From assembly GCA_964432825.1 (NCBI GenBank), contig CAYSOX010000001.1, positions 781-64,780 on the forward strand: a DNA stretch of 64,000 nt. The letters are read 5' to 3'. Below are positions 55,250 through 64,000 of the stretch, one piece after another. Position numbers and translations under genes: made by a program. Under the pieces are notes generated by a model. That model worked only from the letters and a program-made list of their open reading frames with translations, was not told where the DNA came from and ran no database searches. Origin of the DNA: an uncultured Lachnospiraceae bacterium (GTDB lineage Bacteria > Bacillota > Clostridia > Christensenellales > UBA1242). Each line of letters begins with the position of its first letter. Within the stretch, counting starts at the first letter, position 1.

Positions 55250-57910
55250 ATGAGCAAACCAAGGAATAAGAAGAATAGGGAGTCGGAGTATTCAACCCGT
55301 TGGCTTGAAATACTTGACACCGTTACAAACATTATCATTATTCCGATTTTGGTGTTAAGTGTAATATGTTCTATTGTTATGATTAACGCCAAAAGGAGTA
55401 ACAATGTGCCAAACTTGTTTGGCTATTCTTTGGTTACCATTCTTTCCGGAAGTATGGAAAATTCAGGCTTTTATGAAGATGATACGGTAATAGTTAAGGA
55501 TATTGACACTTCAGAAATTGAAGTCGGCGATATCATAGCATATTACACATATATAGAAACATATTCGGATATAAAGCAGGCGGCACAAACAGCCTCTGCA
55601 CAAGAAAAAACCGAAATAACTGAGGCTAGTTATTTAAAAGATGGGGGCAAGGTTCCTCCAGATAAAAGCACGGTTTCATCGTGGAAATTGCAGTTAAATA
55701 AGATTTTTGCAAACCTTACATACACGGCAACAGATGCAAGTGAGCGTGCGATTCGTGCAAACAAAAAGATTACCTTCCACCAAGTCGTTGATGTTATTGA
55801 TTACCAAAATTCTAGGTGGTTTAAAACATGGGGAACCTCAAACCTAGATAGTCACGGCAACCCAAATTATGACTCTTATTGGATTAAAGAAGATTATATT
55901 ATCGGTGTTTACACTAATACTAGTTTGGTAGTTAGAAGTTTCTTAGGCTTTGCAAGTACCAATACGGGTATTATTTGGATGGTCGAAGTTCCAAGTGGTG
56001 TGCAACTTATTCTTTCCACACTAGAACTTATTGAAATTATTGATATGATGGGCAGAGTTAAGCACGACCAAATTAAAAACGGAACATATGTAGACCGTTC
56101 GGCGTACAGGCAAATGCTTAGAGAGAGGCGAAAACTTTTAGCCTCAGGTAATATTGATGTGGACACCTATAGAAGGTTTTATCCACCTTACGAAAATTAC
56201 GACATCAAAAATAATAACAGGGATATTCTTAAAACTTCAATTACGGCTAATGGTCCCCCAATGTTCCAAGATGCATCGGGTGCTTATGCACAGTCTCTCG
56301 GACGGGGACAGCCAAACGATTTGACTTACGGCAGAAATGGTCCACCTTGGAGTGATACCGGTGGTGGTACACCTCGAAACGGTCCACCTTGGAGTGATTC
56401 AGGGGGCGGAGGCCCAGCGAGAAACGGTCCACCATGGACTGACTCAGGAGGCGGAGGCCCAGCAAGAAATGGTCCACCTTGGAGCGATACCGGTGGTGGT
56501 ACACCTCGAAACGGTCCACCATGGACTGACTCAGGGGGCGGAGGCCCAGCGAGAAACGGTCCACCTTGGAGCGATTCAGGTGGCGGAGGCCCAGCAAGAA
56601 ATGGTCCACCTTGGAGCGATACCGGTGGTGGTACACCTCGAAACGGTCCACCATGGACTGACTCAGGGGGCGGAGGCCCAGCGAGAAACGGTCCACCTTG
56701 GAGCGATTCAGGTGGCGGAGGCCCAGCACGAAATGGCCCATCAAAAGCGTATAAACAATCGTTTGATAAACTAGATGGCGAGAGGACTAAAAAACTCTTA
56801 AATTCTAGACCTAATCAAGTTATAAATGAGTTGGAATCTGAAGATGAACTTACACTATTTGCAAAAATAGTTAGGTCGCTGAAAACTAAGCTTGCAAAAA
56901 CCGTTAATAGATTTGCAGTAAGACTTGGTATAAACGAAGTTCTGTTAACTTCAGCCGAAATTAATGAACTTGAAGATATGTATAATTGGGTAGGGTTCTG
57001 CTTTGTATCAAAGGCAAGAATCTCAAGGAAGGGTTATGTTGTAGAGCCTTCCCGTAAAAACCGCATATTCCTTATCGATAAGAGGACAATGAAACAATAT
57101 TCACTAGAGCCACTTGGCACTGTTTATGGCGTTTCATGTGGTCTAATCACTAGCGAAAAGGGTCTATTCAAACCAATTGCAAGACCTGAGGGAGTTGTGT
57201 TTGAACGAATTGAAATTGACTCTAAATACACGGTCGTTAAAACAATGCAAGACACATTCGGCAACGTCTACATTGGTATCACAAACGGCCCTGAAGAAGA
57301 GGAAGTTAAATACACTTCAGACGGCAAACGAGTAAGCTTGTGGAACAGAAATGCTTTACTTGCTCTCGGCAACGACAACAGATTGTATTTTGTTACAATG
57401 GACGACAGTTTCAATATTGAAAAAGGCAAGATTACCGATCTTAAAGTAATTAACAAAGAAGGTTCTCTGGTGGCTGTTATGCCAACCGAAAACACTAAAC
57501 TGGTTCGCTTTAAAGATGGTTATGATAGATATGGATTTGTTTATTATGATGGTAACTTCTTATGCCTCGATAATGGTAATAAGTACTTTAATATTAGGAC
57601 GAAGGAAACATATTCGTTGCCAATTAATTGTTGGCAGTTATCCGAAGACCAGTTAGCGATTGCACTTAACGACGGAAATCTTTACAAAGTAAAGGTACAA
57701 GATGTCTTGAATGTATTCGCGAGTGGGGAGGGTGTAAATTCAATCCAAGAAAAACAATTGCTTTTAAAGAATGTCTCTCGGGCAAACATTAGAGGTGATA
57801 GTTTAGAGTTTACATCTACAGATGGAGATAATCGATTTGTTGCTCCTTTAACGGAGGAGTTCCTCGCGCGGGCTCGTGTAAAACTTGGAGTCGACCAAAG
57901 CACTGAGTAA
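55250..57910 (+). CDS. SipW/ER-type signal peptidase I fused to GPPW repeats and a ~390-aa unknown C-terminal domain
   Basis: TM1, Ser box TILSGSME, GDIIAY, His box ITFHQVV, KTWGTSN and a second TM FLGFASTNTGIIWMVEVPSGV parallel B. subtilis SipW. Nine RNGPPW[ST]D[ST]GGG units and a motif-less beta-rich region follow. RBS taggagac. Confidence 0.8.
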   Translation: MSKPRNKKNRESEYSTRWLEILDTVTNIIIIPILVLSVICSIVMINAKRSNNVPNLFGYSLVTILSGSMENSGFYEDDTVIVKDIDTSEIEVGDIIAYYTYIETYSDIKQAAQTASAQEKTEITEASYLKDGGKVPPDKSTVSSWKLQLNKIFANLTYTATDASERAIRANKKITFHQVVDVIDYQNSRWFKTWGTSNLDSHGNPNYDSYWIKEDYIIGVYTNTSLVVRSFLGFASTNTGIIWMVEVPSGVQLILSTLELIEIIDMMGRVKHDQIKNGTYVDRSAYRQMLRERRKLLASGNIDVDTYRRFYPPYENYDIKNNNRDILKTSITANGPPMFQDASGAYAQSLGRGQPNDLTYGRNGPPWSDTGGGTPRNGPPWSDSGGGGPARNGPPWTDSGGGGPARNGPPWSDTGGGTPRNGPPWTDSGGGGPARNGPPWSDSGGGGPARNGPPWSDTGGGTPRNGPPWTDSGGGGPARNGPPWSDSGGGGPARNGPSKAYKQSFDKLDGERTKKLLNSRPNQVINELESEDELTLFAKIVRSLKTKLAKTVNRFAVRLGINEVLLTSAEINELEDMYNWVGFCFVSKARISRKGYVVEPSRKNRIFLIDKRTMKQYSLEPLGTVYGVSCGLITSEKGLFKPIARPEGVVFERIEIDSKYTVVKTMQDTFGNVYIGITNGPEEEEVKYTSDGKRVSLWNRNALLALGNDNRLYFVTMDDSFNIEKGKITDLKVINKEGSLVAVMPTENTKLVRFKDGYDRYGFVYYDGNFLCLDNGNKYFNIRTKETYSLPINCWQLSEDQLAIALNDGNLYKVKVQDVLNVFASGEGVNSIQEKQLLLKNVSRANIRGDSLEFTSTDGDNRFVAPLTEEFLARARVKLGVDQSTE
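56333..56728 (+). repeat. coding tandem array: nine 42/45-nt units, including a perfect 132-bp tandem duplication
   Basis: Unit order is A B C A C B A C B (A=RNGPPWSDTGGGTP, B=RNGPPWSDSGGGGPA, C=RNGPPWTDSGGGGPA). 56465-56596 and 56597-56728 read identically. Confidence 0.95.
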
Positions 57911-58490
57911 ATTCTTAAATTTTCTCAGTGCGGTTGGCTAGAAAAACTCATTTAAAATTAGAGTTAAAATGGTTAAACAAAAGCACACCAAATTAAATTT
58001 AATCTAATCTAATTGAATGGGTAGAAACTGTGACATACAGAAAATTTAGAGATTAAACATCTATTTAGACGCTTTAAATTTGCTATTATAAGGTAAACTT
58101 AAAAAGCAAAATATTATTAAAATTTACATAACAATTGTGGTGAGAATATAAAAGTTAAATTAAAAACTTTCACGAATAATTCGTGACACTACAAAAGTTA
58201 AACCCGTCAATTTAAGTTTGGGTATATTAGAATATTCAAACAGATTGCGGTGCAATTCAAGTTATGTAAATTAATAGAGATTGCAATTCTCAGTGGAAAT
58301 ATAACTTAAAAGTATTTGTAAAATTACCATAAGTTAAAGATAAATTCACAATGGATTGCCGAGCGTGGCAAAATGTTGCCCACCCGAAATAAGCATTAAA
58401 TTAAATACACATCCATATTGTAGGTTCGCCACTACAATATGGGTGTGTTTTTATTTGTCCCGACCCATCGTTACCGGACCAGCGGACTAG

Positions 58491-58612
58491 GTCGGATACT
58501 ATTCGACCCCTACAGAAAAACTTCCGCTCGGCCTTACCGGACGGTCGGCACTGCCATCCGTATCTTTACTTATCTCTTGGGCTACAACAAAAAAACTTCC
58601 GCCCGTCTAAGC
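58491..58612 (-). repeat. partial composite element (E5) with single GTAG hairpin
   Basis: The reverse complement contains cccaagagataagtaaagatacggatgg, ccgaccgtccggtaaggccgagcggaag and tgtaggggtcgaatagtatccgac. Confidence 0.65.
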
Positions 58613-58665
58613 AATTCAAACTTATATTTCGTATTTGTTCAATCTTCAAAATAAAATCCTTATAT

Positions 58666-58724
58666 GTTGTAGGGACAGGATAGCATCCTGTCCGACGTTG
58701 CCCGAAACGGGCAATGTCTTCGTG
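58666..58724 (+). repeat. REP-like double hairpin
   Basis: tgtagggacaggatagcatcctgtcc, then gttgcccgaaacgggcaat, then gtcttcgtgc. Confidence 0.75.
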
Positions 58725-58757
58725 CATTAAACAAATTTAGTTGGTTGTAATCCAAAT

Positions 58758-58966
58758 TGAGGATATTTCGTAATTTCCCCGATAAATGTAAAATGTACAA
58801 AGGCACCTTTAACTACCATAATTTTGCATTTACGCGAATTTGTGCGGGACGGGTAGTACTCGTCCCGCACACCCGCCACATTTTGTGGCGGGAGTCTTCG
58901 TGCTAATTATAAACTTCGTACCAATTATAATGAAAGAATATCAAAACTTGGCGGGAGTCTTCGTGC
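58758..58966 (+). repeat. ~200-bp dispersed repeat, copy R2 (partner at 48628-48823), containing a REP double hairpin at 58841-58903
   Basis: gatatttcgtaatttccccgataaatgtaaaatgtacaaa ... gggacgggtagtactcgtcccgcacacccgccacattttgtggcgggagtcttcgtgctaattataaacttcgtaccaattataatgaaagaa ... gcgggagtcttcgtgc. Confidence 0.85.
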
Positions 58967-59131
58967 TTACAATAACTTAATACAATCATAATTTTTAACA
59001 ATTTTAATGTTTTGAATTTTGAGTTGTATGCATCAAGATTTATCGTTTTTTATCAATGATTTAAATTTTTTCTAAAATGCATAAAATGTGAAGGATATTT
59101 TGGGGTAACCTATTTACAAATTAAGATTTTT

Positions 59132-59839
59132 ATGGTAGTCTATAAGTACAATATAAAAAGCGGGGGATATGTTTTAGTGGTATTGTTTTTTTCAGAGATT
59201 AATAAGCCAATTGATTTTGGTGATAGAGCAATCGAGATTTTTAATAGTGTTCTAGTTCCTGTTTACAAAGATGGCAAAAGGGTTTTAACATACAAATTAG
59301 ACCTTGAAAATGACGAAGATGGGGAACTTAGTTTTGCTGAAATTGCCGCCAAAAAGGGCGAAATAAGTGACTATAAACACATAAAATCTATAGAATCCGA
59401 AGACGGAATTTTAGATGTGGACGAAATATTTGAAACCTTTTATGGCTACGTTAAAAAGGGAGTAAAACGCTTAGGATTTGACCCTGAAGAATTTATTGCA
59501 AGCGAAGGGAATATGGCGTTTGTTACAAATATGGCAATTTTTGATGAGGACGAGTTTGAAGAAAGTGGGAGCCGTGCCGTTTCCTATTGGTCAAAATATC
59601 GTATTGCTAAAATTAAAGGAAACCGAGCAGTTTGGTTTAATTCGTTGATTTCCGAAGATGAAAAAATGATAGAAAGTTTTTATGAAGCAGGTGCCGAACT
59701 TGTGGAACTTGAAGAGATTGCGATGGATTCTGGGGACCCGTTCTCGTTTGTAAAATGTTTAGGAATTGATTTTGAAAAAGCATTAACTGCAGAAGATGAA
59801 CAGAGTTCTGCCCCTCAAGAAGGCAAAATTACGATATAA
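59132..59839 (+). CDS. acidic cytoplasmic hypothetical protein (start uncertain)
   Basis: ORF only. The GTG at 59177 lies 9 nt after ggggga and is the more plausible start. No motif. Confidence 0.55.
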   Translation: MVVYKYNIKSGGYVLVVLFFSEINKPIDFGDRAIEIFNSVLVPVYKDGKRVLTYKLDLENDEDGELSFAEIAAKKGEISDYKHIKSIESEDGILDVDEIFETFYGYVKKGVKRLGFDPEEFIASEGNMAFVTNMAIFDEDEFEESGSRAVSYWSKYRIAKIKGNRAVWFNSLISEDEKMIESFYEAGAELVELEEIAMDSGDPFSFVKCLGIDFEKALTAEDEQSSAPQEGKITI

Positions 59840-59982
59840 TTTGGTTAATGTATTGGAGAATGCGGAAATGCCTTGATTATCCTAAATTTTGGATGGTTTG
59901 GGAGGGTATATCCTGTAATTTAATTCATATTTTTTGTTTAGAAAAAAACACCAACTCATAAAGGTTGATGTGTTTATAAGTT

Positions 59983-60015
59983 AAAAAATGCACCTAATTC
60001 GTGGTGCATTTTTTG
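59983..60015. terminator. bidirectional intrinsic terminator between convergent genes
   Basis: aaaaaatgcacc..ggtgcatttttt, with A-run and T-run flanks. Confidence 0.75.
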
Positions 60016-60051
60016 ATAAGATTTTCTCAGCGGTTGCGTACAAGTGGTATT

Positions 60052-61764
60052 TTATTTGATTGGATTTTCACTCTCGTTGAAACCAAAAGTCTTTTCAATC
60101 CCCTGAGTGGTTCGGTTTTGTTGTTTATATTTGTCAATATCTAAGTTTAAGGTGCTAATGCATAAACCTAAGATAACCATAAAGAATGGGTAGGTATGAG
60201 GCATTGTGTTTCCAAAAAATGCACTAATTGCATAACACATAACGCAAAATAACAGACATATAGATAGGTTAGAAATATGTTTAAAGTACTTAATTCCCTT
60301 AACTGCAATTATTACAAGCCCTGAAATATATAAAACTGCCGATAAAATTCCTGAATGTGCCGCAAATTGCAAATACTCATTGTGTGGCTTAACAATCATT
60401 TCGCCATCGCCAAAGATTGGATATTTTGAAATCTGTTCAAAAGCATCCAGCCAAAGTTCCCAGCGGTTTGTTCCTGCTTTTTTTGTTTCTTCAGCAAGTG
60501 GTGCACTAGATACTTTAAAGAAGTCTTTAAACACACCAGAAATTTGCATGTATAAACTTGAATAAGTTGAGTCCATTGGGCGGGCTAGAGGAATGCATAT
60601 AAAACTGATTGCCGTTAACATAATTAGTGGTGTAAAACTCAAAATATCAAATTTTCTGTTCTTTATACTAATTATGATAGGTAGTAAACAAAAGCCAAAG
60701 AATAGTGCAAGATTGCTACCGAGAGTATCATTAAACATCGCTACAAACAAGTGTAGGGCAAGTACTATGCCAAACATAATACGGGTTTTTAACTGTTTTG
60801 AAAGGCAAAAGCATACAGCAATTAAACTTGTTGCCAGACATAATACATAACCGAAGTGGTTGCTGTTTACAAATGCATATGCCCAGTTGGTGTTGTTTGA
60901 AAAAGATACGGCAAGTTCGGAGTGGTGGAAAAATAATGTTAACACACACATTATTGAGGTGGATGCTAAAAATACACCTAGAAGATGCTCTTTAACTGGT
61001 CGGTCTTTAAGTGTTATTGTAGATATTAATATTGCCAAGTAAACTACAAAATATAAAACACATTCTTGCAAATATGTACCATTGTCATAATCTAAGAAAA
61101 ACTTAAAGTTTGTAGGGAAATTGTTTGTAAAAAAACTTGTAAAAATCATCCATAAAAAACTAGTAATCAAAAGAAAACATTCTAAGCGGTTTTTAAAAAT
61201 ATGCTTTGTAAAAACTTTAAATGGTTTCCATTCTTTTTTAATGATGTAGTAAATATCAAATGGTAAAAAGCAACACAAAAATACCGCTGCGGTCAATATT
61301 ATAGGTAAATAGTTCATATGGAAAGGCCAAGGTGGGCTCGAAAAAATCAAATCAAACAAAGTCACTAAAACGCCCGAAATTAAAGGCATTAAAACTATAA
61401 GGTAGGGTAAAACAACGGAAGTTTTTGATTGGTTTTCGCTTCTTAAATCTTTAAAAATATCAAATTTCTTTTTATCGCTTTGTGTGTCAAGAAATTTAGG
61501 TGAGACATCTTCTAAATTTTCATCCGTCAATTCGGTAGTCTTTTTAGTTTCGGTCGAAATTTCAGAAGGTGTTGCGTTTTTAATTTCTTCGTCCTCTAAA
61601 GTTTCTATTTCAGAAATAGAACTTGTAGAACTAACATTGTGTGAGTTCTTTGTTTTTCGCCTAGTTTTATGTGGGGTAGAGGCAGAGTTGTTTAATTGGT
61701 CGATTGAAGTTGGTAAATTTTTAGAATCAACTTCGGGTTTAATTTCGTTGTTTTTTGTATTCAT
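60052..61764 (-). CDS. O-antigen ligase/polymerase-family (Wzy_C-like) membrane protein with ~110-aa hydrophilic N-terminus
   Basis: About 11 TM segments. VNSNHFGYVL and ..KPHNEYLQFAAHSGILSAV.. match the O-antigen ligase family pattern. Confidence 0.75.
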   Translation of the reverse strand: MNTKNNEIKPEVDSKNLPTSIDQLNNSASTPHKTRRKTKNSHNVSSTSSISEIETLEDEEIKNATPSEISTETKKTTELTDENLEDVSPKFLDTQSDKKKFDIFKDLRSENQSKTSVVLPYLIVLMPLISGVLVTLFDLIFSSPPWPFHMNYLPIILTAAVFLCCFLPFDIYYIIKKEWKPFKVFTKHIFKNRLECFLLITSFLWMIFTSFFTNNFPTNFKFFLDYDNGTYLQECVLYFVVYLAILISTITLKDRPVKEHLLGVFLASTSIMCVLTLFFHHSELAVSFSNNTNWAYAFVNSNHFGYVLCLATSLIAVCFCLSKQLKTRIMFGIVLALHLFVAMFNDTLGSNLALFFGFCLLPIIISIKNRKFDILSFTPLIMLTAISFICIPLARPMDSTYSSLYMQISGVFKDFFKVSSAPLAEETKKAGTNRWELWLDAFEQISKYPIFGDGEMIVKPHNEYLQFAAHSGILSAVLYISGLVIIAVKGIKYFKHISNLSICLLFCVMCYAISAFFGNTMPHTYPFFMVILGLCISTLNLDIDKYKQQNRTTQGIEKTFGFNESENPIK

Positions 61765-61868
61765 TATATTTTTCCTTTTATTGTGCTTTGAAATTTGTTA
61801 GTTTTTATGTAAGGCTAAAGAAATTAAAATTTAGCGTTTTGTTTTATAAATTTAACATTAGACGAGTT

Positions 61869-63275
61869 TTAGGTTAATACATTTTGGTCGGTTATAATTA
61901 TTCCACCAGTTTTAATAGTTTTTTGCATTTTATGTTTTGCAATATCCACATTTAAAAATCGGTAAAAAATGCCTAAAACCATTAAAAATAAACAACCTAT
62001 GTGAGGCATAATACTTATAAATAGTGCGGTAAAAAGGTGCGAAACACAAACACCCGCCAAAATTAATGTTAGCCTACTCAAATGTTTAATATTTGTGAAA
62101 AATTTAACAAATACTATTATAACGGATATTAATAACATTGTCAAACAAGGGATGCCCCAAATTTCAGCAATTTGTAAAATAAATGAATGCGGGTTTGTGT
62201 AGGTGTCACCATTTCCAAAAATAGGATTTTTTAACACATTGTTGAAACTTTGTTTAAAAATTTTAAATCTGCCCGTTCCTGCATTTTCTGAAAGAGTGGA
62301 GTTAGGGTTTTTAAATATTTCATTAATTTCAATAAAAAGGTTTTTAATTTCTTTAAAAAAGCCAATGTATTTACTGTAAAAATCGCTTGCAAGCAGTTCT
62401 ACGGCAAAAGATAGTCCAAGAAAAATTACCAAGGGCAAGATTGCAAAAGGATTAAATCTTTTGCTATAAAAATGCGAAATAATTGCAAGCAAAATTAGTG
62501 CTAAACACACACCCAACATACTAGAAAAGGTATTAGTTAAGGAGAGTACCACACAGTGTAGGCAAAATGCCAAAATGCTAGAAATTTTAATAAGTTTATT
62601 GCGTCTAAAAATGAACAAACCTGCAAGTATAATGGTGGGAATGGTGAGATATAAACCAAAGTTATTTGAATTGTTAAATATGCTACTCCAAACATCATTG
62701 CTCGGGTTATGAATTTTAAAGGTGCACCTCGGGTCAATCAAGATAAGCACGCAAAGGATTGTTGATGTTATGGCGATTGAAAATATAATATGTTCGGCTA
62801 TGTTCCGGTTTTTTAGACCAAACCCGAATACAAAACACATACCCACAAGCAGTATTATAGGAAATCCAAGCCCGATGCCAAAAGGACTTAAAACACTTGT
62901 GGTAAAACCGTTTTGTGCGGGACAAGAAATTGCTTGAACAATAGACGATGCCAATATCAAAATCAAACAAAGTCCTAGAGGTATAATTTCGAAATATCTT
63001 TTTAAAAATTCGGAAAAACTAAAACGAAATCTTCGTTTGCCAAAAAATATTCCTAAAATGTCAATCAATATAAAGAGAACGGGGAACAATATAAGTAGGT
63101 AAATATATTGAGAATAAAGGTTTAAAAAGTCGTGTTTAGCATCGGAAAATATTCCGACAATCAAACTTAAGATTATTGTAATTATTGGCAAAAAGGATAA
63201 AATGTAGCAAATCCAAATTGAAGATTTTGCCTCGTTTTTGATGGACTTATAATTGATAAATAGTTGATTTTTCAT
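61869..63275 (-). CDS. O-antigen ligase/polymerase-family (Wzy_C-like) membrane protein, paralogue of 60052-61764
   Basis: NNSNNFGLYL and ..NPHSFILQIAEIWGIP.. motifs. The ATG at 63275 lies just after the uppP stop; the longer ORF to 63320 overlaps uppP and is rejected. Confidence 0.75.
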   Translation of the reverse strand: MKNQLFINYKSIKNEAKSSIWICYILSFLPIITIILSLIVGIFSDAKHDFLNLYSQYIYLLILFPVLFILIDILGIFFGKRRFRFSFSEFLKRYFEIIPLGLCLILILASSIVQAISCPAQNGFTTSVLSPFGIGLGFPIILLVGMCFVFGFGLKNRNIAEHIIFSIAITSTILCVLILIDPRCTFKIHNPSNDVWSSIFNNSNNFGLYLTIPTIILAGLFIFRRNKLIKISSILAFCLHCVVLSLTNTFSSMLGVCLALILLAIISHFYSKRFNPFAILPLVIFLGLSFAVELLASDFYSKYIGFFKEIKNLFIEINEIFKNPNSTLSENAGTGRFKIFKQSFNNVLKNPIFGNGDTYTNPHSFILQIAEIWGIPCLTMLLISVIIVFVKFFTNIKHLSRLTLILAGVCVSHLFTALFISIMPHIGCLFLMVLGIFYRFLNVDIAKHKMQKTIKTGGIIITDQNVLT

Positions 63276-63279
63276 AAAA

Positions 63280-64000
63280 TTACCAAATTGGATAAATAAA
63301 ATTTTGGATAAAACACACAAAAGATAGGATTGTCAAATATAAACTAAACCACTTAAAATTGCACTTACCAATTACTTTAATCATTAGTTTAATCGCCAAA
63401 AGCCCAGAAATTAATGAAGAAATAAATCCCAAAACTAGTGCAAGCCAATTAATTGAAACAAGTTCAACTTTAAATAGTTCTAAAATCAGCGAGCCTAAAA
63501 TTATTGGAATACTCATAAAAAAACTAAATTTGGCAATTGTGTCAGGTTGTTTTTTTGTAATAATTCCACCGAAAATTGTAGACCCACTACGACTTATTCC
63601 GGGTGTTAGGGCAACGCATTGAAACAACCCCATAACCAAGGCTGAACGGCTGTTAAACTCGCTTTTTAAAGCATACTTTTTGTTAAGTCTTTCGCCTAAA
63701 ATTAAGATTATTGCGGTAAACAAAAAGGTGAATGCCAGCAATTTCGAACCCGTCGCGTTTTCAAATAAATCACCAAGTGTAAAGCCTACAATAACAGCGG
63801 GAAGGGTGGCAATTATAAGCCACCAAATTGTTTTGTGGTTTTCAGGTTTTAGAAGTGAGACTAAGTCTTTAAAATAGTAAATTACAACAGAAACCAATGT
63901 TCCAAGATGTAGTATTATGGTGACAAATAAGGTATTTTCTGTAAGCCCGAAAATTTCTTGCAAAAGCAATAAGTGTCCACTGCTTGAAACGGGTAAAAAT
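63280..64000 (-). CDS. uppP: undecaprenyl-diphosphate phosphatase, 5' end outside window
   Basis: The window edge encodes ..FLPVSSSGHLLLLQEIFGL... GISRSGSTI motif. Multi-TM protein. Confidence 0.9.
   Translation of the reverse strand, partial: FLPVSSSGHLLLLQEIFGLTENTLFVTIILHLGTLVSVVIYYFKDLVSLLKPENHKTIWWLIIATLPAVIVGFTLGDLFENATGSKLLAFTFLFTAIILILGERLNKKYALKSEFNSRSALVMGLFQCVALTPGISRSGSTIFGGIITKKQPDTIAKFSFFMSIPIILGSLILELFKVELVSINWLALVLGFISSLISGLLAIKLMIKVIGKCNFKWFSLYLTILSFVCFIQNFIYPIW

Noticed and set aside
56247-56774. ORFs 56247-56744 (-) and 56337-56774 (+) with repetitive translations.
   Set aside because: These are alternative-frame and antisense readings of the GPPW tandem array. Periodic DNA keeps every frame open.
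48536-59000. Possible CRISPR array, given the many short GC-rich repeats.
   Set aside because: The repeats are internally palindromic double hairpins. They vary in sequence and orientation and have irregular spacing. No regular repeat-spacer periodicity and no cas genes occur in the window.

Overview
AT-rich (about one-third G+C by eye) bacterial chromosome segment with Bacillota/Clostridia-like gene content and compact tRNA synthetases. I cannot assign taxonomy more precisely from sequence alone. About 47 genes are supported.

Gene content, in order:
- 3' end of rpoA, rplQ and folD.
- A four-gene cassette of small proteins led by a HicB-like gene.
- serS, dnaB (with an acidic C-terminal tail) and a shortened alaS.
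- A DUF4097-like envelope protein.
- A glgB-glgA-glgP-GH13 glycogen operon with no glgC/glgD.
- A yqeY-like gene and a 925-aa fused MacB-type ABC transporter.
- Initiator tRNA-fMet, followed by a tandem copy whose anticodon stem is destroyed.
- A small accessory patch: a Bro-N/DinD-like gene with an in-frame TAA, two GNATs, HIT and RadC.
- An SDR, the metG-marR-cysS operon and a membrane-anchored GH18.
- A 916-aa polyacidic, Q/P-repeat protein ending in a DUF2188-like domain.
- uvrBA, envelope proteins, a divergent polysaccharide deacetylase and a DUF4143-type ATPase.
- uppP plus two tandem O-antigen-ligase-like genes.

The most accessory part is 48.6-59 kb. It is bracketed by ~200-bp direct repeats and is full of GC-rich palindromic repeats. 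It holds two secreted proteins with TasA/SipW-type signal peptides, an AbiL-like AAA-ATPase + RloB defence pair, and an 886-aa protein. That protein is a SipW-type signal peptidase fused to nine GPPW repeats and an unrecognised 390-aa domain. I rate this split TasA/SipW-like module as the best candidate for something undescribed.

The second main signal is non-coding. A modular family of GTAG-headed double hairpins and terminator-embedded elements occupies most long intergenic regions. Several C-poor, G/T-rich, ORF-free stretches share motifs.

No rRNA, CRISPR array, integrase or transposase was seen. All homology statements come from motif recognition by eye, not from database searches.
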